Source: Alphaproteobacteria bacterium
GTDB lineage: Bacteria > Pseudomonadota > Alphaproteobacteria > UBA828
Direction: 5' to 3'
Length of the DNA: 64,000 bases
Assembly (NCBI GenBank): GCA_963667785.2
Contig: CAXXMU010000002.1
Coordinates: 192,001 to 256,000 of the forward strand
This document shows, one piece after another, positions 50,273 through 60,568 of the stretch; within the stretch, counting starts at the first letter, position 1, and each line of letters starts with the position of its first letter. A model generated the notes under the pieces. The model was given only the letters and a program-made list of their open reading frames with translations. It was not told the origin of the DNA and did no database searches. The translations under genes and the position numbers were made by a program.

Positions 50273-51363
50273 TGCGCCGCCCGTTCCGGCTCGGCCTCGA
50301 AGCCGGGCGGGGCGCCGAGCGCCGGGTGGGCGATCGCCAGCGCCTTGAACAGCAAGCCCATGCCGTGTGCGCCCGTGAGGCGGCGGAGCGCGGCGTCGAT
50401 GGCCTCTGCCTGGCGGGCGCTCGCGTTCCGCCGCAGCACGGCGGCCCGCTCCTCGATCCCCAGCGACTCGAGGAACGCGCCCTGAGCTACCGGGCCGAGC
50501 ACGCCGGCGCCCGCCCGCCGCGCCGCCGCCGCCAGGGCGGAGAAGTCCACGTGCGCGGTAAGGTCGACGTCGCCGGGGTCATCCAGCACGCCGTGGCGGC
50601 GATGGCGGCGGAGCGCCTGCAGTGTGTCGCCGGTTCCCGGCCGCGCGTGCCCGTAGTCGACGATCAGCGCGGCCCCGCCTTCGGCCGCCACGCGGGCGGC
50701 CAGCGCGGCGGCCAGCGCCTCCCGCGCAGGCGCCCGCTCGACGATGGCGCCGGCTGGCGCATGCCCGAGCCTGCCGGCTTCGGCGCAGGGCGCGGGCGCG
50801 GCGGCGAAGCGGAACGCCTCCGACGAGGGCGCGAGGGCGACCACCCGCTCCCGCCAGTCGTCGTCGATCCGCTCGAACTGGCGGATCGGCAGGGCATCGA
50901 AGAACTCGTTGGCGACGACCAGGAGGGGGCCGGGCGGTACGGTCTCCAAGCGCTCGTGCCAGGCGGGGCGCGCCTCGGCGAGACGGGTCCGCTGTTCAGC
51001 GCGCAGGCTCTCGCTCGTCTCGACCAGATGCAGGTCGAGCGCTTCGAGAAACGCCGGCACGGTGCGCGCGGCGGGCAGCGCATCGGCCATGAGCGTGCCG
51101 CGACCGGGGCCGAGCTCGACCAGGCGGACGCGCGCCGGCGCACCCATGGCCCGCCAGACCGCGGCGCACCAGAGGCCGATGAGCTCGCCGAACATCTGGC
51201 TCGTCTCGGGCGCGGTGATAAAGTCCCCGGCGGCGCCGATCCGCTCGCCGCGGCGGTAATAGCCCAGCGTCGGGTGGCTCAGGCAGAGCTCCATGTAGGT
51301 GGCCACGCTGATCGGCCCGTCGCGCCGGATCCTCTCCCGTATCTCCGCAGCCAGCGCGGTCAT
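50269..51363 (-). CDS. SAM-dependent methyltransferase, MidA/NDUFAF7 family
   Basis: GDFITAPE, ELGPGRGTL, ANEFFDALP, DYG and DLTAHVDF; lgt-midA-pgeF synteny. Confidence 0.9.
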   Translation of the reverse strand: MTALAAEIRERIRRDGPISVATYMELCLSHPTLGYYRRGERIGAAGDFITAPETSQMFGELIGLWCAAVWRAMGAPARVRLVELGPGRGTLMADALPAARTVPAFLEALDLHLVETSESLRAEQRTRLAEARPAWHERLETVPPGPLLVVANEFFDALPIRQFERIDDDWRERVVALAPSSEAFRFAAAPAPCAEAGRLGHAPAGAIVERAPAREALAAALAARVAAEGGAALIVDYGHARPGTGDTLQALRRHRRHGVLDDPGDVDLTAHVDFSALAAAARRAGAGVLGPVAQGAFLESLGIEERAAVLRRNASARQAEAIDAALRRLTGAHGMGLLFKALAIAHPALGAPPGFEAEPERAAQ

Positions 51364-52175
51364 CGGTCGGCCCCGCCGTCGGACGGGCGCGCGGGCGGGG
51401 TACGGAGCAGCAGGAAGAGCCCGAGCGCCAGCATCGGCAGCGACAGCACCTGGCCCATGGTGAGGCCGGGCAGGATGAAGCCGAGGAAGGCATCCGGCTC
51501 GCGGAACAGCTCGCCCACGATGCGGGCCACGCCGTAGCCGAGGAAGAAGATACCGGCGAGCGTGCCGGGGCGGTCGGCCAGCCGCGTGAGATGAGCGACG
51601 GCGGCGAGCAGGGCGAACAGGAGGAACCCCTCCAGGACCGCCTCGTAGAGCTGGCTCGGGTGGCGCGGCTCGGGCCCGCCCGTCGGGAAGACCATCGCCC
51701 AGGACACATCGCTCGCCCGGCCGTAGAGCTCGCCGTTGATGAAGTTCGCGAGCCGGCCGAAGAGCAGCCCGATCGGCGCTGCGGCGCAGATCGCGTCGCC
51801 GATGGAGAGCAGGTTGATGCGCTTCGCACGGGCGTAGAGGACCGCGGTGACCAGCACCCCGAGAAGCCCGCCGTGGAAGGACATGCCGCCCTGCCAGATC
51901 AGCGGAATCTGCCCCGGATTGGCGAAGAAGAAACTCGGGTGATAGAACAGCACGTAGCCGAGCCGCCCGCCCACCACCACGCCGAGCGTGCACCAGACGA
52001 CGAGATCGTCGGCGTGGCGCTTGGTCAGCCCGGCGATGCGCTTCTCGGCGAGATAGCGCACGTACTGCCAGCCGAGCAGCAGGCCGAGGACGTAGGCCAG
52101 CGCGTACCAGCGAATGGCCAGCGGGCCGATCTCGACGGCCACCGGATCGATGGTGGGGAAGGCCAAGGCGAGCAT
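51360..52175 (-). CDS. lgt: Prolipoprotein diacylglyceryl transferase
   Basis: IRWYAL, GGMSFHGG, GRLANFINGELYGR and RHPSQLYE. Confidence 0.96.
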   Translation of the reverse strand: MLALAFPTIDPVAVEIGPLAIRWYALAYVLGLLLGWQYVRYLAEKRIAGLTKRHADDLVVWCTLGVVVGGRLGYVLFYHPSFFFANPGQIPLIWQGGMSFHGGLLGVLVTAVLYARAKRINLLSIGDAICAAAPIGLLFGRLANFINGELYGRASDVSWAMVFPTGGPEPRHPSQLYEAVLEGFLLFALLAAVAHLTRLADRPGTLAGIFFLGYGVARIVGELFREPDAFLGFILPGLTMGQVLSLPMLALGLFLLLRTPPARPSDGGADR

Positions 52176-52185
52176 TATCGACCTC

Positions 52186-53190
52186 TCATCGGCAGGGGTC
52201 CGCCCGGCTCAGATAGTCCTGCACGTAGCGGCGCACGCCGTCCTCGATCGTGGCAAAGGGTGTAGCGTAGCCCGCTAGGCGCAGCCGCTCCATCCGTGCC
52301 TCGGTAAAGTACTGATAGTGCGTGCGCATCGCCTCCGGCATCTCCACATAGTCGATCTGCGGCTCCCGTCCCAGTGCGGCGAAGAGCGCAACTGCGAGGT
52401 CCGCGAATGTCCGCGCCGTGCCGGTGCCCACGTTGAAGAGGCCGCTGACCGACGGATTGTCCATCAGCCAGAGCATCACCGCGACGCAGTCTCCTACCCA
52501 GACGAAGTCGCGGCGCTGGCCGCCGTCGGGATAGCGGCGGTCGTAGGACTTGAAGAGCCGCACCGGCCGGCCCCGGGCGGCGTCGGGATAGATGGCGGCG
52601 ACGACGCTCTTCTGCCCGCCCTTGTGATCCTCGTTGGGCCCGTAGACGTTGAAGAACTTGAGGCCCGCCCATTGCGGCGGCCGCGGCGCGCCTGCCGCGA
52701 GCGCGTGGGCGATGCGGCGGTCGACGAGATGCTTGCTGCGGCCGTAGCCGTTGAGCGGCTTCAGCCGGGCGAGCGCCGGGATGCTGCCGTCATCGTCGAA
52801 GCCGCAGCCGCCGTCTCCGTAGGTGGCCGCCGAGGAGGCGTAGATCAGCGGCACGTCGGCCGCCGTGCACCAGTGCCAAAGGTCCATGGTGAAGCGGAAA
52901 TTGTTGCGCGCCAGCAGGCTCGCGTCGGTCTCCGTGGTCGACGACGTGGCGCCCAGGTGGAAGACCGCTCTCACGCTGCCGGCGTTGGCGTCGAGGAAGG
53001 GCAGAAGCGCGGCCGGCTCAATTCGGGCCTCCAGCCGGCGCTTCGCGATCGTCCGGCCGTTCCCGCCCGCGTTCGCCCTGTCGCAGACCACGAGCGGGCC
53101 GGCGCCGCGCTCCTCCAGGGCGGCGACGAGATTCGAGCCTATGAAGCCCGCGCCGCCGGTGACGATGATCATGCCGCTCCCTGCCGCCAT
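52186..53190 (-). CDS. hldD: ADP-L-glycero-D-manno-heptose 6-epimerase
   Basis: TGGAGFIGSN, YASSAATYG, PLNGYGRSK, FFNVYGPNEDHKG and YQYFTEA. Confidence 0.9.
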   Translation of the reverse strand: MAAGSGMIIVTGGAGFIGSNLVAALEERGAGPLVVCDRANAGGNGRTIAKRRLEARIEPAALLPFLDANAGSVRAVFHLGATSSTTETDASLLARNNFRFTMDLWHWCTAADVPLIYASSAATYGDGGCGFDDDGSIPALARLKPLNGYGRSKHLVDRRIAHALAAGAPRPPQWAGLKFFNVYGPNEDHKGGQKSVVAAIYPDAARGRPVRLFKSYDRRYPDGGQRRDFVWVGDCVAVMLWLMDNPSVSGLFNVGTGTARTFADLAVALFAALGREPQIDYVEMPEAMRTHYQYFTEARMERLRLAGYATPFATIEDGVRRYVQDYLSRADPCR

Positions 53191-53285
53191 CCCGTTCAGT
53201 CCGGCGCGGCCGGTTATAGGGTCCGTCCGTCGCGCCCGGCAAGCGCCGTGCGGCGGGAGGGTCGCTGCCGGAGCGGGGGGCCCTG

Positions 53286-54164
53286 TCAGATCGTGCGCAG
53301 GAGTCCGCCCGTCACCAGGCGTAGCTTCTGCGTCGCGCTGAAGCGGATGCGCCGGCCCGAGACCGGGAAGCCCGCCCGCTCGATGCGGTCGAGATAGGCC
53401 TCGTAGACACTGCGCATGAGGATGGCGGGCCGCATGGCGCGCCGTTCCGAGCGCGGCAGCGCCTCGCTCGCGGCGCCGAAGTGACGCCGTGCCATCTGGC
53501 CGAGCGCGCCGCAGACCTTCTCCACGCCGGGCGTGCGCGCGATCGCGTCGGGGTTGATGCCTGCAAGCCCGTGCCGCTCCAGCAGCTCGCTTGGCAGGTA
53601 GATGCGGCCCCGCCGCGCGTCTTCCGCCACGTCGCGGAGGATGTTGGTGAGCTGGAACGCCTGGCCGAGGTGGCGGGCGAAGGTGGGGATGCTGCGGGCG
53701 CGGTACTCGAAGATCTCCACCGAGAGCAGGCCGACGCAGCCGGCGACGCAGTGGCAGTAGCGCTCGAGCTGGGCGAGCGTCGGGCGCACCATGGCGCCGC
53801 CGCCGTCCATCTCGAAGCCCTCCAGGATTTCCATGAAGTGGCGCTCGGCGAGCCCGAAGCGCTCCACCGGGCCGGCGAGCGCGCGGGTCACCGGGTGGCG
53901 CGGGGCGCCCTGGTAGAGCGCCCGGACCTCGCCCCGCCAGGCCTCGATCAGCGCGCGCGAATGCGCCGGATCCTCGATCTCGTCGGCCACGTCGTCGGTC
54001 TCGCGGCAGAAGGCGTAGAGGGCCAGCATCGCCTCGCGCTTCTCGCGCGGCAGCAGCATCATCGGCAGGAAGAACGAGCTGCCCGACGCGCGCGTGACCT
54101 CGGCGACGTAGCGCTTCGGGTCGGACGCCTGCGGGATCGGCAGGCTGGCCGCCTCGCTCACCAT
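53286..54164 (-). CDS. hpnD: Presqualene diphosphate synthase HpnD
   Basis: SGSSF, YAFCRETDDVAD, QLTNILRD and RIYLP; follows hpnC. Confidence 0.85.
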   Translation of the reverse strand: MVSEAASLPIPQASDPKRYVAEVTRASGSSFFLPMMLLPREKREAMLALYAFCRETDDVADEIEDPAHSRALIEAWRGEVRALYQGAPRHPVTRALAGPVERFGLAERHFMEILEGFEMDGGGAMVRPTLAQLERYCHCVAGCVGLLSVEIFEYRARSIPTFARHLGQAFQLTNILRDVAEDARRGRIYLPSELLERHGLAGINPDAIARTPGVEKVCGALGQMARRHFGAASEALPRSERRAMRPAILMRSVYEAYLDRIERAGFPVSGRRIRFSATQKLRLVTGGLLRTI

Positions 54165-55042
54165 GCGCCGGCGATGCCGCGCAGCGCGAGGCCGGCGCGC
54201 ACAGGCTTCGGCACCCTGATCCGACCGGCCAGCGGATCGCCCCGCGCCAGCCTGCGGTGAAGCGCCCAGGCCAGCCTGACGATCACCGCGCACTCCCAGC
54301 GAAAGCGCCGGCGGCGGACCGAGCGCGGCATGGCCTCGGCGCGCCGCAGCAGGCCGGCGGTATGCTCCAGGCAGCGGTCGATGGCGCAGCGCACCGCCGG
54401 CGCCGAGCGCCGCTCGGCCAGCATCTCGACCCCGCCGCCGGCCTCCTGCAGCCAGGATTCCGGCAGGTAGACGCGATCCAGCGCGAGATAGTCCTCGCGG
54501 CAGTCCTGCAGATGGTTCAGCACCTGCAGCGCGTTGCAGAGTGCGTCGGAGCCCTCGACGTCGGCGTGGCCGCTCTCGCCGTGGATGTCCATCATCACCC
54601 GCCCCACCGAGGCCGCCGAGCGCTGGCAGTAGTCCATCAGGTCGTCCCAGTCGGCATAGCGCAGCTTGGTCGCGTCCTGGATGAAGGCGGACAGCAGGTC
54701 CTGCCCGTTTCGCGCCGCGCACCCGGTCTCGATCAGGCTCCTGTGGTAGGGCACGGCCCAGTCGGGAAGCGTCGCCTCGTCGCTCCCCAGCGCGTCGCTT
54801 GCCGCCTGCAGACGGGCGACCTTGTCTGCCGCCGGGATGGTGGGCGAATCGGCGATGTCGTCCGCCTTGCGCGCGAACAGGTAGAACGCATGCACGTGCG
54901 GCCGGCAGTCGGGCGGGATCAGGAACGAGCCGACCGGGAAGTTCTCGCTGTTGGCACGGATCAGCGCGCGAATGTTCTCCTCGCGCGCTGCCGTCGCCGG
55001 GCCCGGCGCCCGGCGCAGCGCCGCAGATGCAGAGGCCGTCAT
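54158..55042 (-). CDS. hpnC: Hydroxysqualene synthase HpnC
   Basis: ENFPVGS, FARKADDIAD, NHLQD and DRVYLP. Confidence 0.88.
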   Translation of the reverse strand: MTASASAALRRAPGPATAAREENIRALIRANSENFPVGSFLIPPDCRPHVHAFYLFARKADDIADSPTIPAADKVARLQAASDALGSDEATLPDWAVPYHRSLIETGCAARNGQDLLSAFIQDATKLRYADWDDLMDYCQRSAASVGRVMMDIHGESGHADVEGSDALCNALQVLNHLQDCREDYLALDRVYLPESWLQEAGGGVEMLAERRSAPAVRCAIDRCLEHTAGLLRRAEAMPRSVRRRRFRWECAVIVRLAWALHRRLARGDPLAGRIRVPKPVRAGLALRGIAGAW

Positions 55043-55059
55043 TCGCTGCGCGGGCCCGC

Positions 55060-56286
55060 TCAGTTCGCGCCGGCGAGGAGCCGCCCGGCGATCTCCCGCG
55101 CGGCGCCGTCGATCGCGTAGACGTCGTCGAGCCCGGCGACGGCGCGATGGTCGCTGCGCTCGAGGCAGCGCTCCACCGTGCGCGCGATCTCCAGGAAGCC
55201 GATGCGCCGCGCGAGGAAGCCGCCGACCGCGACCTCGTTGGCGGCGTTGAGCACGATCGGCGCGCTGCCGCCCTGCGTGAGCGCCTCCCGCGCCAGCCGG
55301 AGCGCGGGGAAGCGCTCGTCATCGGGCGGCTCGAAGGTGAGGCGGCCAAGCGCCGCGAGATCGAGCCGGGGCGACGGCGCCGGCATGCGGGCGGGCCAGG
55401 CGAGCGAGTAGGCGATCGGCGTGCGCATGTCGGGGGAGCCGAGCTGCGCCAGCACCGAGCCGTCCACGTAGGCGACCATGCTGTGGATCACCGATTGCGG
55501 ATGCACCAGCACCTCGATCTGCCCTGCGTCCACCGGAAACAGATGAAAGGCCTCGATCATCTCGAGGCCCTTGTTCATCATCGTCGCCGAATCGACCGAG
55601 ATCTTGGCGCCCATGTCCCAGTTGGGGTGGGCGACCGCTTGCTCGGGCGTGGCCCCGGCCATGGCCTCCCGCGAGGCTTCGCGGAACGGCCCGCCCGAGG
55701 CGGTGAGCACGATCTTCTCGACGCCGTCCGCGCGTTCGAAGTCGAACACCTGGTAGATGGCGTTGTGCTCGGAATCGACCGGGAGCAGCGTCCCCCCGCC
55801 GCGCTCGACCTCGGCCAGCATGAGCGCGCCGGCGCAGACGAGGCACTCCTTGTTGGCGAGTCCGATGATGGCGCCCTGCCGGGCCGCCGCGAGGGTGGGG
55901 CGCAGCCCGGCGGCGCCGACGATGCCCGCCATGACGAAGTCCGCGGGCGCGGCCCCGGCCTCGATCAGGGCGTCTGCGCCGGCGGCAGCAGTGGTGCCGC
56001 TGCCCGCGAGCGCCGCCTTGAGCTCGCCGTAGAGGGCGGGGTCGCCGATAACGGCCCGGCTGGCGCCGACGGCGCGGGCCTGCTCGGCGAGCCGCGCCAC
56101 GCTCGTCTGGGCGGTGAGCGCCTCCACCTCGAACGCATCCCGCTGCCGGGCGATGAGGTCGATGGTGTTGCAGCCGATGGACCCGGTGGAGCCCAGGATG
56201 GTGACGCGCCGGGGCGCTGCCGCGTCGAGGGCGGCGGCGAGATGCCGCTCGGGCGCGACGTCGACGGCGGCATCCATCGGCGCCAT
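55060..56286 (-). CDS. dxr: 1-deoxy-D-xylulose-5-phosphate reductoisomerase
   Basis: [41 protein letters not shown] and NAANE. Confidence 0.96.
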   Translation of the reverse strand: MAPMDAAVDVAPERHLAAALDAAAPRRVTILGSTGSIGCNTIDLIARQRDAFEVEALTAQTSVARLAEQARAVGASRAVIGDPALYGELKAALAGSGTTAAAGADALIEAGAAPADFVMAGIVGAAGLRPTLAAARQGAIIGLANKECLVCAGALMLAEVERGGGTLLPVDSEHNAIYQVFDFERADGVEKIVLTASGGPFREASREAMAGATPEQAVAHPNWDMGAKISVDSATMMNKGLEMIEAFHLFPVDAGQIEVLVHPQSVIHSMVAYVDGSVLAQLGSPDMRTPIAYSLAWPARMPAPSPRLDLAALGRLTFEPPDDERFPALRLAREALTQGGSAPIVLNAANEVAVGGFLARRIGFLEIARTVERCLERSDHRAVAGLDDVYAIDGAAREIAGRLLAGAN

Positions 56287-56412
56287 CCACCAGGATCCTT
56301 CTTCAGCCGGAGACTTGGCGTCCTATTGCGATTATCTTTCCAGCCCTCTCCCGCCATCGCAACAGCAATCGCCGCTGCGCCGGGCGGGAGACTCCACCGC
56401 TGGGAGGACCCC

Positions 56413-56745
56413 ATGAGCCTGACGAGCAAGACCTGCGTGCCCTGCCGGGGCGGCATTCCGCCTCTGCCCGAGGCCGAGGCCCTGACGCTTCTGGACCAGA
56501 CGCCGGGGTGGGAGCTGATCGACGACGCCACCAAGATCCGCCGCACCTTCTCGCTCGGCGACTTCGCCGAGGCCATGGCGCTGGTGCAGAAGGTCGGCGA
56601 CCTCGCCGAGGACGAGGGCCATCACCCGGACATCACCTTCGGCTGGGGCTACTGCACGGTCCTGTTCTATACCCACAAGATCAAGGGCCTGCACGAGAAC
56701 GACTTCATCATGGCGGCCAAGGTCAACGCGCTGGCGGGCGCCTGA
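56413..56745 (+). CDS. phhB: Pterin-4a-carbinolamine dehydratase
   Basis: CVPCRGG, EDEGHHPDI and YTHKIKGLHENDFIMAAK; GGAGG RBS. Confidence 0.9.
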   Translation: MSLTSKTCVPCRGGIPPLPEAEALTLLDQTPGWELIDDATKIRRTFSLGDFAEAMALVQKVGDLAEDEGHHPDITFGWGYCTVLFYTHKIKGLHENDFIMAAKVNALAGA

Positions 56746-59700
56746 CCGCTGCACCCGCGCTTGCGCCGCTCCCCTCGACCGCGAGCGCGCAGAGGTCGCG
56801 GAGGAGGCGCTGGACGCCCTCCAGCCGCGCCTCCGTATCGGGCCAGCGCCGTGCCGCCACGAGGCGGTTGTCGGGCCTGAGGCTCAGCGCGTTCTCCGGC
56901 GCGGACACGTAGCGGACCAGCGCCGCCGGCTCGATCACGCCGCCGTCGCGCAGGCTCAGCACCGCGCCCTTCGGCCCGGCCTCGACCCGCTCGATGCCGC
57001 TCCGGCGGCAGAGCTGCTTGATCGCCATGATCTCGAGCAGGTGGCGCACCGAGGCGGGCGGCGGGCCGAAGCGGTCGGTCAGCTCGTCGATGAAGGCGTC
57101 GATCCCGGCCTGATCCTCCAGCGCGGCGACGCGCCGGTAGAGGGTGAGGCGCACGTCGAGGTCGCGCACGTAGTCCTCCGGAATCAGCACGGAAGTGCCG
57201 AGGCTGATCGTCGGCGACCAGCGCTCCGCCGGCGGTGCCTCGCCGCCGGCTGCGGCGCGCGCCGTCGCCACCGCCTCCTCCAGCATGTGCTGGTAGAGCT
57301 CGATGCCGACCTCCCTGATGTGCCCCGACTGCTCGGGCCCCAGCAGGTTGCCCGCGCCCCTGATGTCGAGATCGTGGCTCGCCAGGCTGAAGCCCGCGCC
57401 GAGGCCGTCGAGGCGGTGGATGACCTGGAGTCGCTTCAGCGCGGTGTCGGTGAGGCGATGCCCGGGCGGGAGCGTCAGATAGGCGTAGCCGCGCAGCTTG
57501 GCCCGCCCGATTCGGCCGCGAAGCTGGTAGAGCTGCGCCAGCCCGAAGCGGTCGGCACGATGCACGATCATGGTGTTGACGCGCTGCAGGTCGAGCCCCG
57601 ATTCGATGATCGCGGTGGAGACGAGCACGTCGACCTTGCCGTCGTAGAAGTCGCCCATGATGGAATCCAGCGCCCGCGCCGCGAGCCGGCCGTGGGCGAC
57701 GGCGACCTTCACCTCGGGCACGAGACGGCGCACCCGCTCGGCCACCTCGTCGAGGTCGGCGATGCGCGGGCAGACGTAGAACACCTGGCCGCCGCGCAGA
57801 TGTTCGCGCATCAGCGCCTCGCGCACGACTACCGGATCGAAGGGCAGGATGAACGTGCGCACCGCGAGGCGGTCCACCGGCGGGGTCGCGATGACGCTCA
57901 TGTCGCGCACGCCGCTCAACGCCATCTGCAGGGTGCGCGGGATCGGCGTCGCCGTCAGCGTCAGCACGTGCGCCTCCGCCTTGAGGCGCTTCAGCCGCTC
58001 CTTGTGGGCGACTCCGAAGTGCTGCTCCTCGTCCACCACGACGAGCCCGAGGTCGTTGAAGGCGATCTGCGGACCCAGCAGCGCATGGGTGCCGATGACG
58101 ATGTCGATCTCGCCGGCAGCGATGCCGCGCTTGGTCGCCGCCTGCTCCTTGGCCGGCACCAATCGCGAGAGTTGGGCGATCCTCACCGGCAGCCGGGCGA
58201 AGCGCTCGCCGAAGGTCTGCACGTGCTGGCGGCTCAGCAGCGTGGTCGGGGTCAGCACCGCGACCTGCTTGCCGGCCTGAACCGCGTGAAAGGCCGCGCG
58301 CAGCGCCACCTCGGTCTTGCCGAAGCCGACATCGCCGCAGACCAGCCGGTCCATCGCCCGCCCGGCGTCGAGGTCGCCGATCGCCTCGTCGATGGCGCGC
58401 GCCTGGTCCTCGGTCTCGACGTAGGGGAAGCCGGCGCAGAAGGCGTCGTAGAGCGCGCCCGGCGCCGAGAGCTGCGGCGCCGGCCTGGTCGCCCGCTCCG
58501 CCGCCAGCCCGATGAGCTGGTTCGCCATGTCGCGGATGCGCTGCCTGAGCCGCGCCTTGCGCGCCTGCCAGGCGGCGCCGCCGAGACGGTCCAGCACGAC
58601 CGGCCGGTCGGCCGAGCCGTAGCGCGACAGGAGCTCGATGTTCTCGACCGGCAGGAACAGCCGGTCGTCGCCCTCGTAGAGGATGCGCAGGCAGTCGTGA
58701 GGCGCGTGATCGACCTCCAGCGTCACCAGGCCGTCGTAGCGACCGATGCCGTGGTCGACATGGACGACGAGGTCGCCTTCCGCCAGCGCCGCCGCGTCGA
58801 CCAGGAAGTTCTCGGCGGGCTTGCGGCGCCGCTCGGGCCGGCTCGGGCGGGCGCCGAGGATGTCCTGCTCGGCGATCACGGCGAGTCCCGCCGAGGCGAA
58901 GCCCCGCTCCAGCGGCAGCACCGCGGCGGCCACGATTTCGGGCGGGAGCGCCTGCGCCTCCTGCCAGTCCGCCACCGGCTCGATGCCGTGCACGCCGTGC
59001 TCGCGCAGCAGGCGGACCATGCGGTCCCGGCTGCCGGCGCCGCCGCTCGCGATCATGACCCGACGGCCGCTCTCCTGCTGCCGGTCGATATGCGTGCCGA
59101 CGGCTTCGAACAGCGCGCCGCCGCGCTGCTTGCGCTCGGGCACGAAGTCGCGCCCCTCGCGGGCGCCGGCGTCGGCGCCGTCCGCACTTTCCACGAATGA
59201 CGAGCACTGCACCAGCGCTCGCCCGTCCGTCAGCCGCGCCCAGTCGTCTGCGTCGAGAAAGAGGGCGCCGGGCGGAACCGGGTGATAGGGCGCGTCCGCG
59301 ACCGAGGCGGCCTGCGGGTTCGTGCGCGCCTCGTAGAAGTCCGCGATGGTCTCGAAGCGGGTGTCGCGCGCTTCCGCCACGCGGTGGTCGAGCAGGACCG
59401 GGCCGTCCGGCACGTAGTCGAACAGCGTCTCCAGCCGCTCGTGAAAGAGCGGCAGCCAGTGCTCGACGCCCGGATAACGGCGCGCGGCGGAGACCGCCTC
59501 GTAGAGCGGGTCCTCGGCGGTCCCGGCCCCGAATTGCCGGCGATAGGCCGCCCGGAAGCGCGCGATCGACTGCGGGTTGAGCAGCACCTCGCTGACCGGC
59601 GCCAGCGCGATGGGGCCGGCGGCCTCGGCGCGCCGCTGCGATACGGGGTCGAACCAGCGCATGCTCTCGATCACGTCGCCGAAGAAGTCGAGCCGCACCG

Positions 59701-60253
59701 GGCGCTCGGCGTCGGGCGGGAAGATGTCCACGATGCCGCCGCGCACGGCATAGTCGCCGGCGTCCATCACCGTGCCGGTACGCACGAAGCCGTTGCGCTC
59801 CAGATAGTCGAGCAGGGTCTCGACATCGAGCGGCGCACCGGCCTCCAGCGCGAGCGTCGCATCGGCCAGCATCGTGCGTGGCGGCACCCGCTGAACCGCC
59901 GCGTTGACGGTGGTGAGCACCACCCTGGGCCGCGCCGCGCCGGCGCCCAGCAGCCGCACGAGGCCGGCAAGCCGCCGGCTCGCGATGTCCGCGCGGGGCG
60001 AGACCCGGTCGTAGGGCAGGCAGTCCCAGGCCGGGATGGTGACCTGATGGCAATCCGGGTCGAAGAAGGCGAGCAGGGCCGACTGCCGCGCCAGCCTCGC
60101 ATCGTCGCGGGCGACGTAGAGCACCGGCGCGTCCTGCGTCGCCGCGAGACGCAGCAGGACGGGCGCGATGAAGCCCTCCGGAACCCCGCCGAGCGCGTGG
60201 AGACCCGGCGCCGCTAGGGCGGGGAGGCAGCGGTCCGGGATCAGAGTCGTCAC
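56723..60253 (-). CDS. mfd: Transcription-repair coupling factor
   Basis: UvrB-like module, CarD-like domain (VVHVDHGIGRY), GDVGFGKT, DEEQHFG, QLRGRIGR and TRCF domain. Confidence 0.96.
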   Translation of the reverse strand: MTTLIPDRCLPALAAPGLHALGGVPEGFIAPVLLRLAATQDAPVLYVARDDARLARQSALLAFFDPDCHQVTIPAWDCLPYDRVSPRADIASRRLAGLVRLLGAGAARPRVVLTTVNAAVQRVPPRTMLADATLALEAGAPLDVETLLDYLERNGFVRTGTVMDAGDYAVRGGIVDIFPPDAERPVRLDFFGDVIESMRWFDPVSQRRAEAAGPIALAPVSEVLLNPQSIARFRAAYRRQFGAGTAEDPLYEAVSAARRYPGVEHWLPLFHERLETLFDYVPDGPVLLDHRVAEARDTRFETIADFYEARTNPQAASVADAPYHPVPPGALFLDADDWARLTDGRALVQCSSFVESADGADAGAREGRDFVPERKQRGGALFEAVGTHIDRQQESGRRVMIASGGAGSRDRMVRLLREHGVHGIEPVADWQEAQALPPEIVAAAVLPLERGFASAGLAVIAEQDILGARPSRPERRRKPAENFLVDAAALAEGDLVVHVDHGIGRYDGLVTLEVDHAPHDCLRILYEGDDRLFLPVENIELLSRYGSADRPVVLDRLGGAAWQARKARLRQRIRDMANQLIGLAAERATRPAPQLSAPGALYDAFCAGFPYVETEDQARAIDEAIGDLDAGRAMDRLVCGDVGFGKTEVALRAAFHAVQAGKQVAVLTPTTLLSRQHVQTFGERFARLPVRIAQLSRLVPAKEQAATKRGIAAGEIDIVIGTHALLGPQIAFNDLGLVVVDEEQHFGVAHKERLKRLKAEAHVLTLTATPIPRTLQMALSGVRDMSVIATPPVDRLAVRTFILPFDPVVVREALMREHLRGGQVFYVCPRIADLDEVAERVRRLVPEVKVAVAHGRLAARALDSIMGDFYDGKVDVLVSTAIIESGLDLQRVNTMIVHRADRFGLAQLYQLRGRIGRAKLRGYAYLTLPPGHRLTDTALKRLQVIHRLDGLGAGFSLASHDLDIRGAGNLLGPEQSGHIREVGIELYQHMLEEAVATARAAAGGEAPPAERWSPTISLGTSVLIPEDYVRDLDVRLTLYRRVAALEDQAGIDAFIDELTDRFGPPPASVRHLLEIMAIKQLCRRSGIERVEAGPKGAVLSLRDGGVIEPAALVRYVSAPENALSLRPDNRLVAARRWPDTEARLEGVQRLLRDLCALAVEGSGASAGAAVRRPPAR

Positions 60254-60537
60254 CGCAGCGGCCGGTGCCGGCGGTTCCGGGCCTCGCGCCTGAGCCGGGC
60301 CAGGAAGGGCGTGTCGTGTTCCGCCGGCGCCGGCGTGCGCCCGCTGATCCAGGTGGCGATGTCCACGTCGTTCGCGCCGAGCAGCCGCTCCGCCTGTTCC
60401 ACTTCCTCGGGCGGCAGGCCGTCTCCGAGCCGGGCGATGACGTCGCCGACGAGGAGATCGGTCTCCTTGGTCCCGGTGCGGGCAGAGCGATAGCGCAGCC
60501 GCCGGCGTCTGGTGTCGATGTCGAGGCTCTCGCTCAT
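60250..60537 (-). CDS. sdhE: Succinate dehydrogenase assembly factor 2 (SdhE)
   Basis: RRRRLRYRS..GTKETDLL and WISG; the usual position upstream of mfd. Confidence 0.82.
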   Translation of the reverse strand: MSESLDIDTRRRRLRYRSARTGTKETDLLVGDVIARLGDGLPPEEVEQAERLLGANDVDIATWISGRTPAPAEHDTPFLARLRREARNRRHRPLR

Positions 60538-60568
60538 GGCCGCCGTAGCCCCGATGCGAGGGGAGGGC

